Source: a virus
Lineage: Duplodnaviria; Caudoviricetes
Virus record (IMG/VR): IMGVR_UViG_3300048834_000156
Span: 1 to 52,781 of that record
Direction: 5' to 3' (one strand)
Length of the DNA stretch: 52,781 nt
The notes under the pieces are model-generated. The model saw only the letters and a list, made by a program, of their open reading frames with translations. It was not told the DNA's origin and ran no database searches. This document shows positions 36,394-45,160 of this stretch, one piece after another (within the stretch, counting starts at the first letter, position 1; each line of letters opens with the position of its first letter). The position numbers were made by a program, and so were the translations under genes.

Positions 36394-37371
36394 ATGCCTG
36401 CTTACTTCGACACCGGTTTCTCAGTTCGTCAGCCCATGTGGCATGGCCTCGGCACCGTGCTCGACGAGTACCCCGAGAACTGGGACGACGCTCGCCTCTC
36501 TGCCGGGCTCATGTGGGAACCGACCATCCGGCCCGTGTTCCACCGCAACGGCGACGAGTACCAGGAAGTCCCGAACCACCGGCTCGTCGTCCGCGACGAC
36601 ACCGAAGACGTGCTCGGCGTCGTGTCCGACGGCTACGAGCTGGTCTCGCATGGCGCTATGGGCGAGATCATCGAAGCGATCTCAGAACAGCCCAACGTGA
36701 AGTTCGAGACCGCTGGCAGCGTCCGCAACGGCGCTCAGGTCTGGGCGCTCGCATACGTCGATGAGCCCGAGGTCATCGAAGGCGACGACAGCGAGACGTA
36801 CCCGTTCCTCGCCCTGCTCAACAGCCACGACGGAACCGGCGCATGCAAGGTGATCTCGACCAGCATCCGCGTCGTCTGCTGGAACACCTACCGCGCCGCC
36901 GAGATGCAGGGCGAGCGCACCGGGCGGCAGTTCGTGTTCCGCCACACGTCGAGCGTCCACGACCGCATCGAAGAGGCCAAGCAGGCGTTGCGCGGCACCC
37001 GAGAGCAGCAGGCCGAGTGGCTCGCTCTCGCTGCCGAGCTGGCCAAGATGCCCGCCCGAGAGCCCGAGTTCCTCGCCTTCACCCAAGCGTTCCTGCCCGA
37101 CCCGACCGAGCAGGCCGGGCAGGTCGTCTCAGAGCGAGTGAAGAACAAGATCGCTCGCAACCGCGAGACCTTCCACAAGCTCTACACCGAGTCGCCCACG
37201 ACCGACGGCCACCGCGGCACAGCGCTCGGGCTGGTGGACGCCGCTGTCGAGTACCTGGACCACCTGCGTGGGTTCCGCTCGACGGACAGCTACCTCGGTC
37301 GCACGCTGCTGCGCCCTGAGCCGCTCAAGGCCAACGCGGTGGCGATCGCTCGTGAGGTCTGCACCTTGTAG
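36394..37371 (+). CDS. DUF932/DUF945-family (TIGR03299-like) protein
   Basis: 'VRQPMWHGLG', 'VLGVVSDGY', 'FETAGS..G.QVW', 'LNSHDG', 'IRVVCWNT', 'RHTSS'. Confidence 0.85.
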   Translation: MPAYFDTGFSVRQPMWHGLGTVLDEYPENWDDARLSAGLMWEPTIRPVFHRNGDEYQEVPNHRLVVRDDTEDVLGVVSDGYELVSHGAMGEIIEAISEQPNVKFETAGSVRNGAQVWALAYVDEPEVIEGDDSETYPFLALLNSHDGTGACKVISTSIRVVCWNTYRAAEMQGERTGRQFVFRHTSSVHDRIEEAKQALRGTREQQAEWLALAAELAKMPAREPEFLAFTQAFLPDPTEQAGQVVSERVKNKIARNRETFHKLYTESPTTDGHRGTALGLVDAAVEYLDHLRGFRSTDSYLGRTLLRPEPLKANAVAIAREVCTL

Positions 37372-37395
37372 CCTCAAGGCTCATAGCCCCAGGTG

Positions 37396-37430
37396 AAGCG
37401 CCCTCGGTCCCTCGTGGACCGAGGGCGCTT
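37396..37430 (+). terminator. Hairpin terminator
   Basis: AAGCGCCCTCGGTCC-CTCGT-GGACCGAGGGCGCTT. Confidence 0.8.
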
Positions 37431-37434
37431 TCCG

Positions 37435-37485
37435 TTCACGGAACCTCCATACCGTGGTATGGTTCTGTTCTCCTCACCCAAGGAA
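37435..37485 (+). promoter_or_regulatory. Promoter TTCACG-17-TATGGT with CCATACCGTGGTATGG and RBS ACCCAAGGAA
   Basis: Motif 37447-37462; RBS 37476-85. Confidence 0.8.
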
Positions 37486-37493
37486 GGAACCAC

Positions 37494-37802
37494 ATGGACA
37501 GCAAGATTCCCCGTCCACGACACGCACCCGCTGGGCCGGTCACGCTCGAACGCATCGGCCCGGACGCATGGCAGGCCGTCGGGCTCGACGGGTTCCGCTG
37601 GAACGTCTGCGCCTGCGCACGACAGGCGGCGTACTGCTCTCGCACCGGGATGCAACGCACGGTCGTGCGAGCCATCACGTTCGACAAGGGCGAGTGGCGC
37701 GACTGCACACCGGCCGAGCTGGACCACTGCACCGCCCACCCGGCCAACCACGAGCACACGCACCGGCCCGGCCTCGTGCGAGTCACGGCAGATGTGCGAT
37801 GA
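37494..37802 (+). CDS. Hypothetical protein
   Basis: ATG after conserved RBS; 102 aa. Confidence 0.65.
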   Translation: MDSKIPRPRHAPAGPVTLERIGPDAWQAVGLDGFRWNVCACARQAAYCSRTGMQRTVVRAITFDKGEWRDCTPAELDHCTAHPANHEHTHRPGLVRVTADVR

Positions 37803-38245
37803 GCCATCCCGAGATCCACGATGCTGAGCGGGTGGTGCTCGCCGCGGCAGAGCGGTGGCGCAGCGCTTCGAGCAGCTCCACGACGATGGCCAGGTCTCAG
37901 GACTTGATCGACGCTGTTGACGCGCTCACCGCAGCCAGGTCACGGCACCAGGTGCTCACCCCGGCGCAGCGCACAGCCGTGCTCGACTTCCTCGCAGATC
38001 TCGACGCGCACGAGATGGCCAGCCAGCTCGACAAGCCGCACGTCGTCGTCACCTTCGACACCGACCCGGTGAGCGTGATCCACCGCGGTGGCGCGGTGCT
38101 CCCGATCGTGCACGTCAAGGGCCCGTACCCGTCAGCGATCGAAGCCGATGCCGCTGCCGTGCTCATGGACGCCGACCTCAACCGCAGCAGCGACGAGCCG
38201 CCGTTCGTGTCGGTGACCGCTGTAGCTCACGAGGTGGACGAGTGA
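37799..38245 (+). CDS. Hypothetical protein
   Basis: ATGA coupling; MSHPEIHDAERVV... Confidence 0.6.
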   Translation: MSHPEIHDAERVVLAAAERWRSASSSSTTMARSQDLIDAVDALTAARSRHQVLTPAQRTAVLDFLADLDAHEMASQLDKPHVVVTFDTDPVSVIHRGGAVLPIVHVKGPYPSAIEADAAAVLMDADLNRSSDEPPFVSVTAVAHEVDE

Positions 38246-38355
38246 TCGCCGCGCACGACTACATCGGCCGCGGCGACTACGACCTGCACATCATGGCGGT
38301 GCTCGCTGTGGTGGCTCTCGTGCTCTGGCTGCTGACCCGCCGACGGGAGGCGTGA
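38242..38355 (+). CDS. Small membrane peptide
   Basis: 37 aa, TM + RRR tail, coupled at both ends. Confidence 0.5.
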   Translation: MIAAHDYIGRGDYDLHIMAVLAVVALVLWLLTRRREA

Positions 38356-38438
38356 TGTTCGTCGCTTCGCTGCTCATCACCGCCGCGGCAGGGTTCGCCG
38401 CCGTGGTCCTACTCGTACGACAGGAGACCGACCGATGA
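38355..38438 (+). CDS. Small membrane peptide
   Basis: 27 aa hydrophobic ORF, GGAGG RBS, coupled at both ends. Confidence 0.45.
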   Translation: MFVASLLITAAAGFAAVVLLVRQETDR

Positions 38439-38722
38439 CTTGCCTGAACGACACAGACGGCGACGGCGACTGCCACATCTGCCACCGCCTGCCTGACGGC
38501 TGCACCAGACGACAGCTCGCCGCTCTGCTCACAGAGCCCGAGCGTGAGGCAGCGGGACGGCTGCGAGCGTGGCTCGACGACGCCACCGAGCTATCCGCGC
38601 CGACCGGCCAGGCCGACGCATCCCGGTTCCACACTGCGTGGGTCGGCCGCAAGGACGAGCCGACGACGCTGTCTCTGCACGACCTGCGCGCCGTGCTCGA
38701 AGCGATCGAGAGGGAAGCATGA
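38435..38722 (+). CDS. Hypothetical protein
   Basis: 'CLNDTDGDGDCHIC' N-terminus; AGGAG RBS. Confidence 0.6.
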   Translation: MTCLNDTDGDGDCHICHRLPDGCTRRQLAALLTEPEREAAGRLRAWLDDATELSAPTGQADASRFHTAWVGRKDEPTTLSLHDLRAVLEAIEREA

Positions 38723-39210
38723 CCGAGGGGATCAGAGCTATCACGGTCCGTCAGCCGTGGGCTCGTGCGATCCTGTTCTACGGCAAGAACATCGAGAACC
38801 GCGGCTCCGGGTTCTCGAAGCGATACCGGGGTCCGCTGCTGATCCACGCCGCTGGCGCATGGTCAGAGCGTGGCGCTCTGGACACACGGGTCAGAGCGGC
38901 ACGCAACGAGGTACTCGTTCGAGCTGGCGGGCCCGGCTCGCTCGGACCGGTCCCGCCGTCCGGTGTGCGCTCAGCGATCATCGGTGTCGTGGACGTCGTA
39001 GATGCTCACGCAGCGTCGGGCTGCTGCGAACCGTGGGGCGAACGCACCTACACCGGCTCAGACGGCAAGGACGTGCTCGACGTCACTCACCTGGTGCTCG
39101 AACGGCCACGACTGCTGCGCCACCCGGTGCCGTGCTCTGGTCGGCTCGGGCTCTGGACACCACCCGCCGACGTCCTCGCCGAGGTCACCGCACAGCTCGG
39201 CGCACTGTGA
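38719..39210 (+). CDS. ASCH-domain protein
   Basis: 'AITVRQPWA.AI..GKNIENR..YRGPLLIHA', 'GRLGLW'. Confidence 0.85.
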   Translation: MTEGIRAITVRQPWARAILFYGKNIENRGSGFSKRYRGPLLIHAAGAWSERGALDTRVRAARNEVLVRAGGPGSLGPVPPSGVRSAIIGVVDVVDAHAASGCCEPWGERTYTGSDGKDVLDVTHLVLERPRLLRHPVPCSGRLGLWTPPADVLAEVTAQLGAL

Positions 39211-39434
39211 TGCCACCGGATCTGCCGCCCTGGCATCGCCAGAAGCCCGCCGAAGGGTTCGACCGCGACAACCCTCACGACACCGCGACCTGCACGTTCT
39301 GCGGGCCGCTCATCGCCTCAGAGGCGTACGAGCGTGGCCAGATCAGTGCAGGCACCGCGCAGACACACCTACCGCTCACCTCAGCACCCGATCCCAAACC
39401 TGGCCGAGACGGCTACGAAAGCGAGACACCATGA
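39210..39434 (+). CDS. Hypothetical protein
   Basis: TGATG coupling; H..CTFC. Confidence 0.5.
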   Translation: MPPDLPPWHRQKPAEGFDRDNPHDTATCTFCGPLIASEAYERGQISAGTAQTHLPLTSAPDPKPGRDGYESETP

Positions 39435-39742
39435 CCGACGAGACCGACCGCATCATGCCGATCATCGTGCACTGTCCTGCAGACAAGGCCGAGGAGATCT
39501 CCAAGATGCTCGCACCACTGGCAGGTGACTGTGGCGTGCTCGTGATCCCCGACGAGATGACCGCCGAGCGGCGGGTGCCGTGGGGCGACTGCTGGGGTCG
39601 CACGCTCGCCGGGGACGAGGCACCCATAACCGAACTGTTCAGGGACTGCACCGGCAACATCTGGGCGACCGTCAGTGACAGGGGAAGCCGCCGAAGCAGG
39701 CTCATCCCCGCATCTGACGGCAAGGTCGAGGTGCTGCGATGA
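39431..39742 (+). CDS. Hypothetical protein
   Basis: ATGA coupling; MTDETDRIMPII... Confidence 0.55.
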   Translation: MTDETDRIMPIIVHCPADKAEEISKMLAPLAGDCGVLVIPDEMTAERRVPWGDCWGRTLAGDEAPITELFRDCTGNIWATVSDRGSRRSRLIPASDGKVEVLR

Positions 39743-40068
39743 TCGCCGCACTGCTCATCGTGGTCGCGGTCGCCATGACGGTGGCCATCGGCCTGGCCAT
39801 CACGAAGACAGCACCAGCCGATCAGCCGCCACGCCGCACCCCGTACACGCCACCTGAGACCGTCCAGCAGCAGCACAAGCGCATCACCGACACCGCGCGC
39901 GCACGCCAGCCATGCGACTGCGCCGGAGAGATCGCCGAAGCCCTCGCACGCCGAGACTCGTGGCGCAACCGCGCCCACGAGATCCGCAGAGAGCGAGACC
40001 ACTTCGAGCAGCTCTGCCGAGACCACGGCATCCACACACCACCACCCGACAAGAACCTGCCACGATGA
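39739..40068 (+). CDS. Membrane-anchored hypothetical protein
   Basis: N-terminal TM, coiled C-terminus. Confidence 0.6.
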   Translation: MIAALLIVVAVAMTVAIGLAITKTAPADQPPRRTPYTPPETVQQQHKRITDTARARQPCDCAGEIAEALARRDSWRNRAHEIRRERDHFEQLCRDHGIHTPPPDKNLPR

Positions 40069-40187
40069 CCGACAACGACTGGACCACCCGAGCCGCCTAC
40101 ATCGCCGCAGCTCTCATCATCGCCGCGCTGACCACAGCAGCACTCACCATCGCCGCCAAAGCCATCACCGGGCTCTGGCATCTCTAA
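40065..40187 (+). CDS. Small membrane peptide
   Basis: 40 aa hydrophobic ORF, ATGA coupling. Confidence 0.5.
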   Translation: MTDNDWTTRAAYIAAALIIAALTTAALTIAAKAITGLWHL

Positions 40188-40204
40188 CCCGAAGGGACCA
40201 CGCC

Positions 40205-40837
40205 ATGCCCGGAGGCAGACCACCCAAACTGCAAACCATCGTCGCCACACTCGACGACGGCACCAAGGTCACCGCCAGAGACCGCATCATCCAAGTACTA
40301 CGCCTAGGCGGCTACGTCGAAACCGCAGCAGCAACCTGCGGCATCGACAAGACCACGATCTACGAGTGGCTCAAGGTCGGCGCAGCAGCCAACGACGCCC
40401 ACCACCGCCAAGGCACCCCGCTCTCCAAGCTCACCACCCACCAACGCAACTGCATGGAGTTCTCCAACGCAGTAGCCCAAGCACAGGCGCTCGCCGAGGT
40501 GGACGACCTCGCCACGCTCGCTGAGCTGGGCGCAGGCGGCAAGCATGTGCAGGTCCAAACCACGAAGCGCGACAAGGACGGCAACGTGCTCGAAGCGACG
40601 ACCCGCACCGAGGTCACGCAACCGAACGCCGCCGTGCTCATGTGGCGGTTGGAACGCCGGTTCCCTGAGAAGTACGGGCGGCGCAAGGTGGAGATCTCCG
40701 GCCCTGACGGTGAGGCGATCCCGGTCGAGGCCCGCATACCCGCCCTGGTTGCTCTGGCGCGCGCGCGGCTCGGCACCACGCCGGTGGACGCGCGCGCGGA
40801 CGATGTGCCCGAGGTGGAGACGGAGGTTGAGCCGTGA
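40205..40837 (+). CDS. terS: Terminase small subunit (putative)
   Basis: 'GGRPPKL', HTH 'ETAAATCGIDKTTIYEWL', 'WRLERRFPEKYGR..VEISGPDGEAI'. Confidence 0.7.
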   Translation: MPGGRPPKLQTIVATLDDGTKVTARDRIIQVLRLGGYVETAAATCGIDKTTIYEWLKVGAAANDAHHRQGTPLSKLTTHQRNCMEFSNAVAQAQALAEVDDLATLAELGAGGKHVQVQTTKRDKDGNVLEATTRTEVTQPNAAVLMWRLERRFPEKYGRRKVEISGPDGEAIPVEARIPALVALARARLGTTPVDARADDVPEVETEVEP

Positions 40838-41028
40838 TGCCACCGAAGCACCTACGGGTTCCGATGGCGTTCTGTGCGGTGTTCGTGGTCGGCGCGGTGC
40901 TCATGGCCGTGATGCTCGTGCTCGCCGTGCTGGCTCGTGACGCCATCGCCGTGGCTCAGGCGGTCATGTTCCTGGCCACGGCGCTGGCGGGCGCGGTGTC
41001 TGCCTGGTGCGAGGTGCGTCGTGGGTGA
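40834..41028 (+). CDS. Small membrane protein
   Basis: Two TM segments; coupled. Confidence 0.55.
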   Translation: MMPPKHLRVPMAFCAVFVVGAVLMAVMLVLAVLARDAIAVAQAVMFLATALAGAVSAWCEVRRG

Positions 41029-41287
41029 CACCCCGTACTGGTTCGTCTGCCCGGTGGCTCGCCGCTCGACGCGCCCGGACCCGAGCGGCCGGTCACGGTC
41101 GAGGCTCTGGCCCCCCGGTCACGACCGGATCGTCCGCACCGGCCGCACCCGCCCGAACCGGTCACGCCGCCGCGGGCAACGCACGCTCGACGTCGCCCAC
41201 GAGTACCGATGCTCGTGCGGGCACGTCGGGTGGTCCACGCACATCGACATGAGAAACTGCCCTCTGGCTGGTGATGGCGATGCATGA
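41021..41287 (+). CDS. Basic Cys/His hypothetical protein
   Basis: 'EYRCSCGHVGWS.H'. Confidence 0.5.
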   Translation: MGDTPYWFVCPVARRSTRPDPSGRSRSRLWPPGHDRIVRTGRTRPNRSRRRGQRTLDVAHEYRCSCGHVGWSTHIDMRNCPLAGDGDA

Positions 41288-41459
41288 CCCGATGTGGGAC
41301 GACCGCTGGCGGATCTCAGAGACCCGAGCCGGTGCACCACACAACCTGATCGCTCACCCGCTGCTCGTGCTCTGGCCGCGGCTCGGCGAGCTGGTCCACG
41401 ACTACACCGCCGAGGTCGTGCCAACGTGGCGCGCCCGCTGGCGACACAGGCGGCGGTGA
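41280..41459 (+). CDS. Hypothetical protein
   Basis: 'HNLIAHPLL..VHD.T' pattern. Confidence 0.55.
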   Translation: MHDPMWDDRWRISETRAGAPHNLIAHPLLVLWPRLGELVHDYTAEVVPTWRARWRHRRR

Positions 41460-41737
41460 TGGAAGGGTACGCGGCCCGGCCGTGCTCTGTCGTCGCTGGC
41501 ACGGACTGCGAAGCACCAGCCAACGGCACCCGCTCGACCCGAGGAACCTGCTACTCGTGCGGTGAGCCGGTGTGCCTGTCGCCGTGGTGCTCACGCATCC
41601 GGCCGTGGCCACGCCGTCGAGCCCGGATATGCCGAGTCTGCGACGAGCGCCAGGGGTTCTACGCCGACCCTGCCGCGCTGGTCGAGTACGACCGGGCTCT
41701 AGCTGCCGCCACCGGCGACCAGCCCTCATGGCTGTGA
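41459..41737 (+). CDS. Zn-finger-like hypothetical protein
   Basis: CYSCGEPVC...CRVC. Confidence 0.55.
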   Translation: MEGYAARPCSVVAGTDCEAPANGTRSTRGTCYSCGEPVCLSPWCSRIRPWPRRRARICRVCDERQGFYADPAALVEYDRALAAATGDQPSWL

Positions 41738-41985
41738 CCGGGTTCGCCGAACCGAGCGCGTGCAGAGTCGTCCGGCTCTCAGAGGACGCACCTTCACGCT
41801 GTGGCCGCGCCAGCTCGTGGACGATCGAAGGCGTAGACCCGACCGGGCTCGAACCGCTCACGACCGACGCCGCATGGAACTTCGACGACCGCCAAGAGGC
41901 AGAGTCGGAGATCGCATGGTTCTGCGCCTGGCATGGCCTGCCGCCTGGCCTCCCGGTCGTCGTCGTCACCCATACCGCGGTATAG
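41728..41985 (+). CDS. Hypothetical protein
   Basis: 85 aa ORF whose stop lies in the next motif. Confidence 0.5.
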   Translation: MAVTGFAEPSACRVVRLSEDAPSRCGRASSWTIEGVDPTGLEPLTTDAAWNFDDRQEAESEIAWFCAWHGLPPGLPVVVVTHTAV

Positions 41986-42008
41986 AATCGCTCAACCAAC
42001 CCAAGGGA
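41970..42008 (+). promoter_or_regulatory. Palindrome CCATACCGCGGTATAG, -10 TAGAAT and RBS ACCCAAGGGA
   Basis: Motif 41970-85; RBS 41999-42008. Confidence 0.75.
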
Positions 42009-42019
42009 GAAGAACCCTC

Positions 42020-42595
42020 ATGCTCATGTTCATCGACACCGAGACGCTCGGCCTGCACCCAGACCGGCACCCGATCTGGGAAGCCGCCGCGTGCATGTAC
42101 GACGAGACCACCGGCCAGGTCTTCTCATGGCACTCGTGGCAGGTACAGCTCACAGAGTCCGACCTCATGACCGCCGACCCGGTAGCGCTCGGGATCAACA
42201 AGTTCCACGACCGCTACGACCCGGCGCACGCCACCACGCCGGACGCGTTCTGCTGGCAGCTCGCCCACGCAGCATCTCAGACCGGTGCATCGCAGATCGT
42301 GTGGGCCGGTGCCGTCCCGTCGTTCGACGAAGAACGCATCCGCCGCATGTTCGAGGTCCACAGCGTGCCGGTGTTCTGGCACTACCACCTACTCGACGTC
42401 GAGACCCTCGCCATCGGGCACATCGAAGCCACCACCGGCGTCCGGCTCGACCTGCCGGTCTCATCGGACCTGCTGACCGAGATGCTCGACCTCAACGCAC
42501 CACCGACCGAGAACCGGCACACCGCCCTCGGCGATGTCGAGTGGGCCCTGGCCATGTACGAGGCCTGCCGCCCGACCGGCTCTGACGAGTCGTGA
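42020..42595 (+). CDS. DnaQ-like (DEDDh) 3'-5' exonuclease
   Basis: ExoI 'IDTETLGL', ExoII 'PSFD', ExoIII 'HTALGD'. Confidence 0.85.
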   Translation: MLMFIDTETLGLHPDRHPIWEAAACMYDETTGQVFSWHSWQVQLTESDLMTADPVALGINKFHDRYDPAHATTPDAFCWQLAHAASQTGASQIVWAGAVPSFDEERIRRMFEVHSVPVFWHYHLLDVETLAIGHIEATTGVRLDLPVSSDLLTEMLDLNAPPTENRHTALGDVEWALAMYEACRPTGSDES

Positions 42596-42810
42596 TCTAC
42601 GTCTCGCTAGCGCAGGCGCTGTGCATCGGCGGTGGCCTGCTCTACCAGGTGCCGGGGCGGTGGCCGAAGATCATCGCGCCGCTGCTCATCGTCGCCGGGA
42701 TCTCGTACATGTTCTTCACGGTGCTGATCCCGGCAGCGGCTTTTCTGGTGCTGTTCGCAGCGGTGTCCGGTGGCGTGTTCGTGCACGAGATCGAGAAGGG
42801 CACCCGGTGA
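42592..42810 (+). CDS. Small membrane protein
   Basis: Mostly hydrophobic 72 aa. Confidence 0.6.
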   Translation: MIYVSLAQALCIGGGLLYQVPGRWPKIIAPLLIVAGISYMFFTVLIPAAAFLVLFAAVSGGVFVHEIEKGTR

Positions 42811-42811
42811 C

Positions 42812-43087
42812 GTGGCCACCGTCCGCGTACCCGACGACCTGAACGAGATGCTCAAGGCTCGTGCCGCTGAGTGCGGGCAGAGCGTCACCGCGTTCGTGCA
42901 CGACGCCATCCGCGCCGCGCTCGACCCGGCACCAGAGCCCGCACCAGCTCCACCACCACCAGCTCGTACCCCGCCGCGGTCGAGCCTCAGCAGACCGAAG
43001 CGGGTTCGCTCGATCGTCTCTGGCTGCCCGCACCCTGTGAACCGCCGGATCGGTGGTGTCTGCGCCGTGTGTGGCACGAAGGTTTAG
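42812..43087 (+). CDS. Ribbon-helix-helix DNA-binding protein
   Basis: 'ATVRVPDDLNEMLKARAAECGQSVTAFVHDAIRAAL'; C-terminal CPH..CAVC. Confidence 0.75.
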   Translation: MATVRVPDDLNEMLKARAAECGQSVTAFVHDAIRAALDPAPEPAPAPPPPARTPPRSSLSRPKRVRSIVSGCPHPVNRRIGGVCAVCGTKV

Positions 43088-43174
43088 CATCGAGCGCACG
43101 ACCTTTCCCTAGGTCTGTTCCCGACACCGCCACCCGGCTCGTACTCGGCTGGTGGCGGTGCCGCGTTCTGAGCC

Positions 43175-43204
43175 TTGCACCCAGGTTCCATACCGCGGTA
43201 TGGT
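43175..43204 (+). promoter_or_regulatory. Promoter TTGCAC-18-TATGGT with perfect 16-bp palindrome CCATACCGCGGTATGG
   Basis: Palindrome 43188-43203; ATG 6 nt after -10 (leaderless). Confidence 0.8.
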
Positions 43205-43210
43205 GAGCGC

Positions 43211-43426
43211 ATGAGCACCACGCACACCCGCCGCCACGCTTCCCGCCCGTACACGGTGACCACGAGCACCGGTCGTCGGACCCGCTGCGCCACCGAGCGA
43301 TCCGCCTGCGCTGCTCTCGGACGCATGCTCGACCAGCCCGGCGTGACCGGCTCGATCGAGCGCTACGGCGAGACCGTCCTCACCGCGGTCGGCACCTCGC
43401 TCGGCTGGACTCGCACCACCCCTTAG
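43211..43426 (+). CDS. Small basic hypothetical protein (single-gene cassette)
   Basis: 71 aa; bounded by promoter and hairpins. Confidence 0.6.
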   Translation: MSTTHTRRHASRPYTVTTSTGRRTRCATERSACAALGRMLDQPGVTGSIERYGETVLTAVGTSLGWTRTTP

Positions 43427-43480
43427 ATCTGCTGGCCTCGGCCGGGGCTCCCGCCACCCCAAGAGCCGAACTAGCAGCCA

Positions 43481-43533
43481 GCAGCAGCCCGCCCGGCCAC
43501 CATCCCCCCCGGTGGCATGAGGCGGGCTGTTGC
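43481..43533 (+). terminator. Long hairpin before terL
   Basis: GCAGCAGCCCGCC..GCCACC-loop-GGTGGC..GGCGGGCTGTTGC. Confidence 0.65.
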
Positions 43534-43567
43534 GCGTCTCGGGTCAGGTTCTGGCAGCATGACCGGC

Positions 43568-45154
43568 ATGCCAGCTCGTGCGCTCCGTCCGGTCGCTGAC
43601 CCGATGGACGAGCTACGAGACCTCATCGCAGCCATGACCCCGGAGGATCTCGAAGCGTTCTGCGGCGGGCTCGACCACGCAGACCTAGACCTCGTAGAGC
43701 AGATCCTTACGACGCTGCGCCACGCCAGATGGGTGCCGCGCCCGCACCAGATCCCGCCGCCAGAGTCTGACCCGTGGGACGTGTGGCTGCTGCTCGCGGG
43801 TCGTGGAGCTGGCAAGACCGACGCATGCGCTCACGAGATGGACCGCCACGCCAAGGGCCCGCCGTGTTTCCCTGGCATCCCTGGTGGGCACCGCATGTCG
43901 ATCATCGCTCCGACGCTCGGCGACGCGTCGGACGCGTGCGTGCACGGTCCCTCAGGTCTCATGGCGCACAATCCGACCGTGGTCGAGCGGACCCGCAAGG
44001 GCGGCACGTTCGTCACGTGGCAGAACGGGGCCGAGGCCAAGCTGTTCGGCGCGTACACCAAGCAGGACGTCGAGCGGCTCCGTGCCGGTGGTAACCGGTG
44101 CTTCGTGTGGGTCGAGGAACTGGCCGCGTGGCGGTACCTGCGTGCCTGCTGGAACCACATGATGTTCGGCCTGCGGCTCGGACCTCACCCGCGGGTCATC
44201 GCGTCCACCACCCCTAAGAACCGGCCGCACCTCAAGAAGATCATCGCCGCCGAGACCACCGCGGTGAGCCGGGCGACCACAGACGACAACCCGCATCTCG
44301 ATGCACGGGTACGCGCCAAGCTGCTCGATGCATACGCCGGTACCCGGCTCGGACGGCAGGAGCTGCTCGGCGAGCTGCTCGAAGACGTCGAGGGCGCGCT
44401 CTGGTCTGACGAGATGATCGAGGTCTCTGGCCGGGTGGACGAGGCACCACGACTGCGCCGCATCGTCGTCGCTGTAGACCCGAGCTGGGGTACCACCAAC
44501 GACGAGTGCGGCATCGTCGTAGCCGGGGTCGGGTGGGACAAGCTCGGGTACGTCCTCGCCGACTACAGCGTCCGTGGCGGGCCTCGCATGTGGGCCGAGC
44601 GCGCCGCCGATGCGTACTGGTCGTTCAAGGCGGACAAGCTCGTCGCCGAAGGCAACTTCCAAGGTGAGCAGGTCCGGCTCGCCATGCGCCAGGTCGAGCA
44701 CCCGCAAGGCCCGCCGATGTTCGACCTCGTGAACGCGTCCCGCGGCAAGCAGCTCAGAGCTGAGCCGGTCGTGATGCTCTACGAACAGAGGCGGATCAAG
44801 CACGTCGGCCGGTTGCCGATGCTCGAACACCAGATGACCCATTGGGTCCCGACCGAGCCCGCGGAGGAGCACGACGACGACGAGGGCGAGGTCGTCACCG
44901 CCGCGGGTGCTGGCGAAGGCCAAGGCGGCGACGAGCACGAGGGCAACGAGGACAACCCCGAGACGGTCTCTAACTCACCTGACCGGGTGGACGCTCTCGT
45001 GTTCGCTCTCACCGAGCTAATGCTCGGCAACAGCGGCCCGGCGTCGGTGCGCCGCCCTGGTGGTGGCCAGCCCGCGCCACGTGGAGACAGCCCAGCACCA
45101 CGCAGGAAGTCTCCTGCGGTACGTCGTCCTGGTGGTGGCCGACCTCGGCGATAG
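43568..45154 (+). CDS. terL: Terminase large subunit
   Basis: 'LLAGRGAGKT', Walker B variant 'VWVEE', 'STTP', 'GTRLGRQEL', nuclease 'VAVDP', 'PDRVDA'; start uncertain (43517/43559/43568/43604). Confidence 0.92.
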   Translation: MPARALRPVADPMDELRDLIAAMTPEDLEAFCGGLDHADLDLVEQILTTLRHARWVPRPHQIPPPESDPWDVWLLLAGRGAGKTDACAHEMDRHAKGPPCFPGIPGGHRMSIIAPTLGDASDACVHGPSGLMAHNPTVVERTRKGGTFVTWQNGAEAKLFGAYTKQDVERLRAGGNRCFVWVEELAAWRYLRACWNHMMFGLRLGPHPRVIASTTPKNRPHLKKIIAAETTAVSRATTDDNPHLDARVRAKLLDAYAGTRLGRQELLGELLEDVEGALWSDEMIEVSGRVDEAPRLRRIVVAVDPSWGTTNDECGIVVAGVGWDKLGYVLADYSVRGGPRMWAERAADAYWSFKADKLVAEGNFQGEQVRLAMRQVEHPQGPPMFDLVNASRGKQLRAEPVVMLYEQRRIKHVGRLPMLEHQMTHWVPTEPAEEHDDDEGEVVTAAGAGEGQGGDEHEGNEDNPETVSNSPDRVDALVFALTELMLGNSGPASVRRPGGGQPAPRGDSPAPRRKSPAVRRPGGGRPRR

Positions 45155-45160
45155 ATGCTG

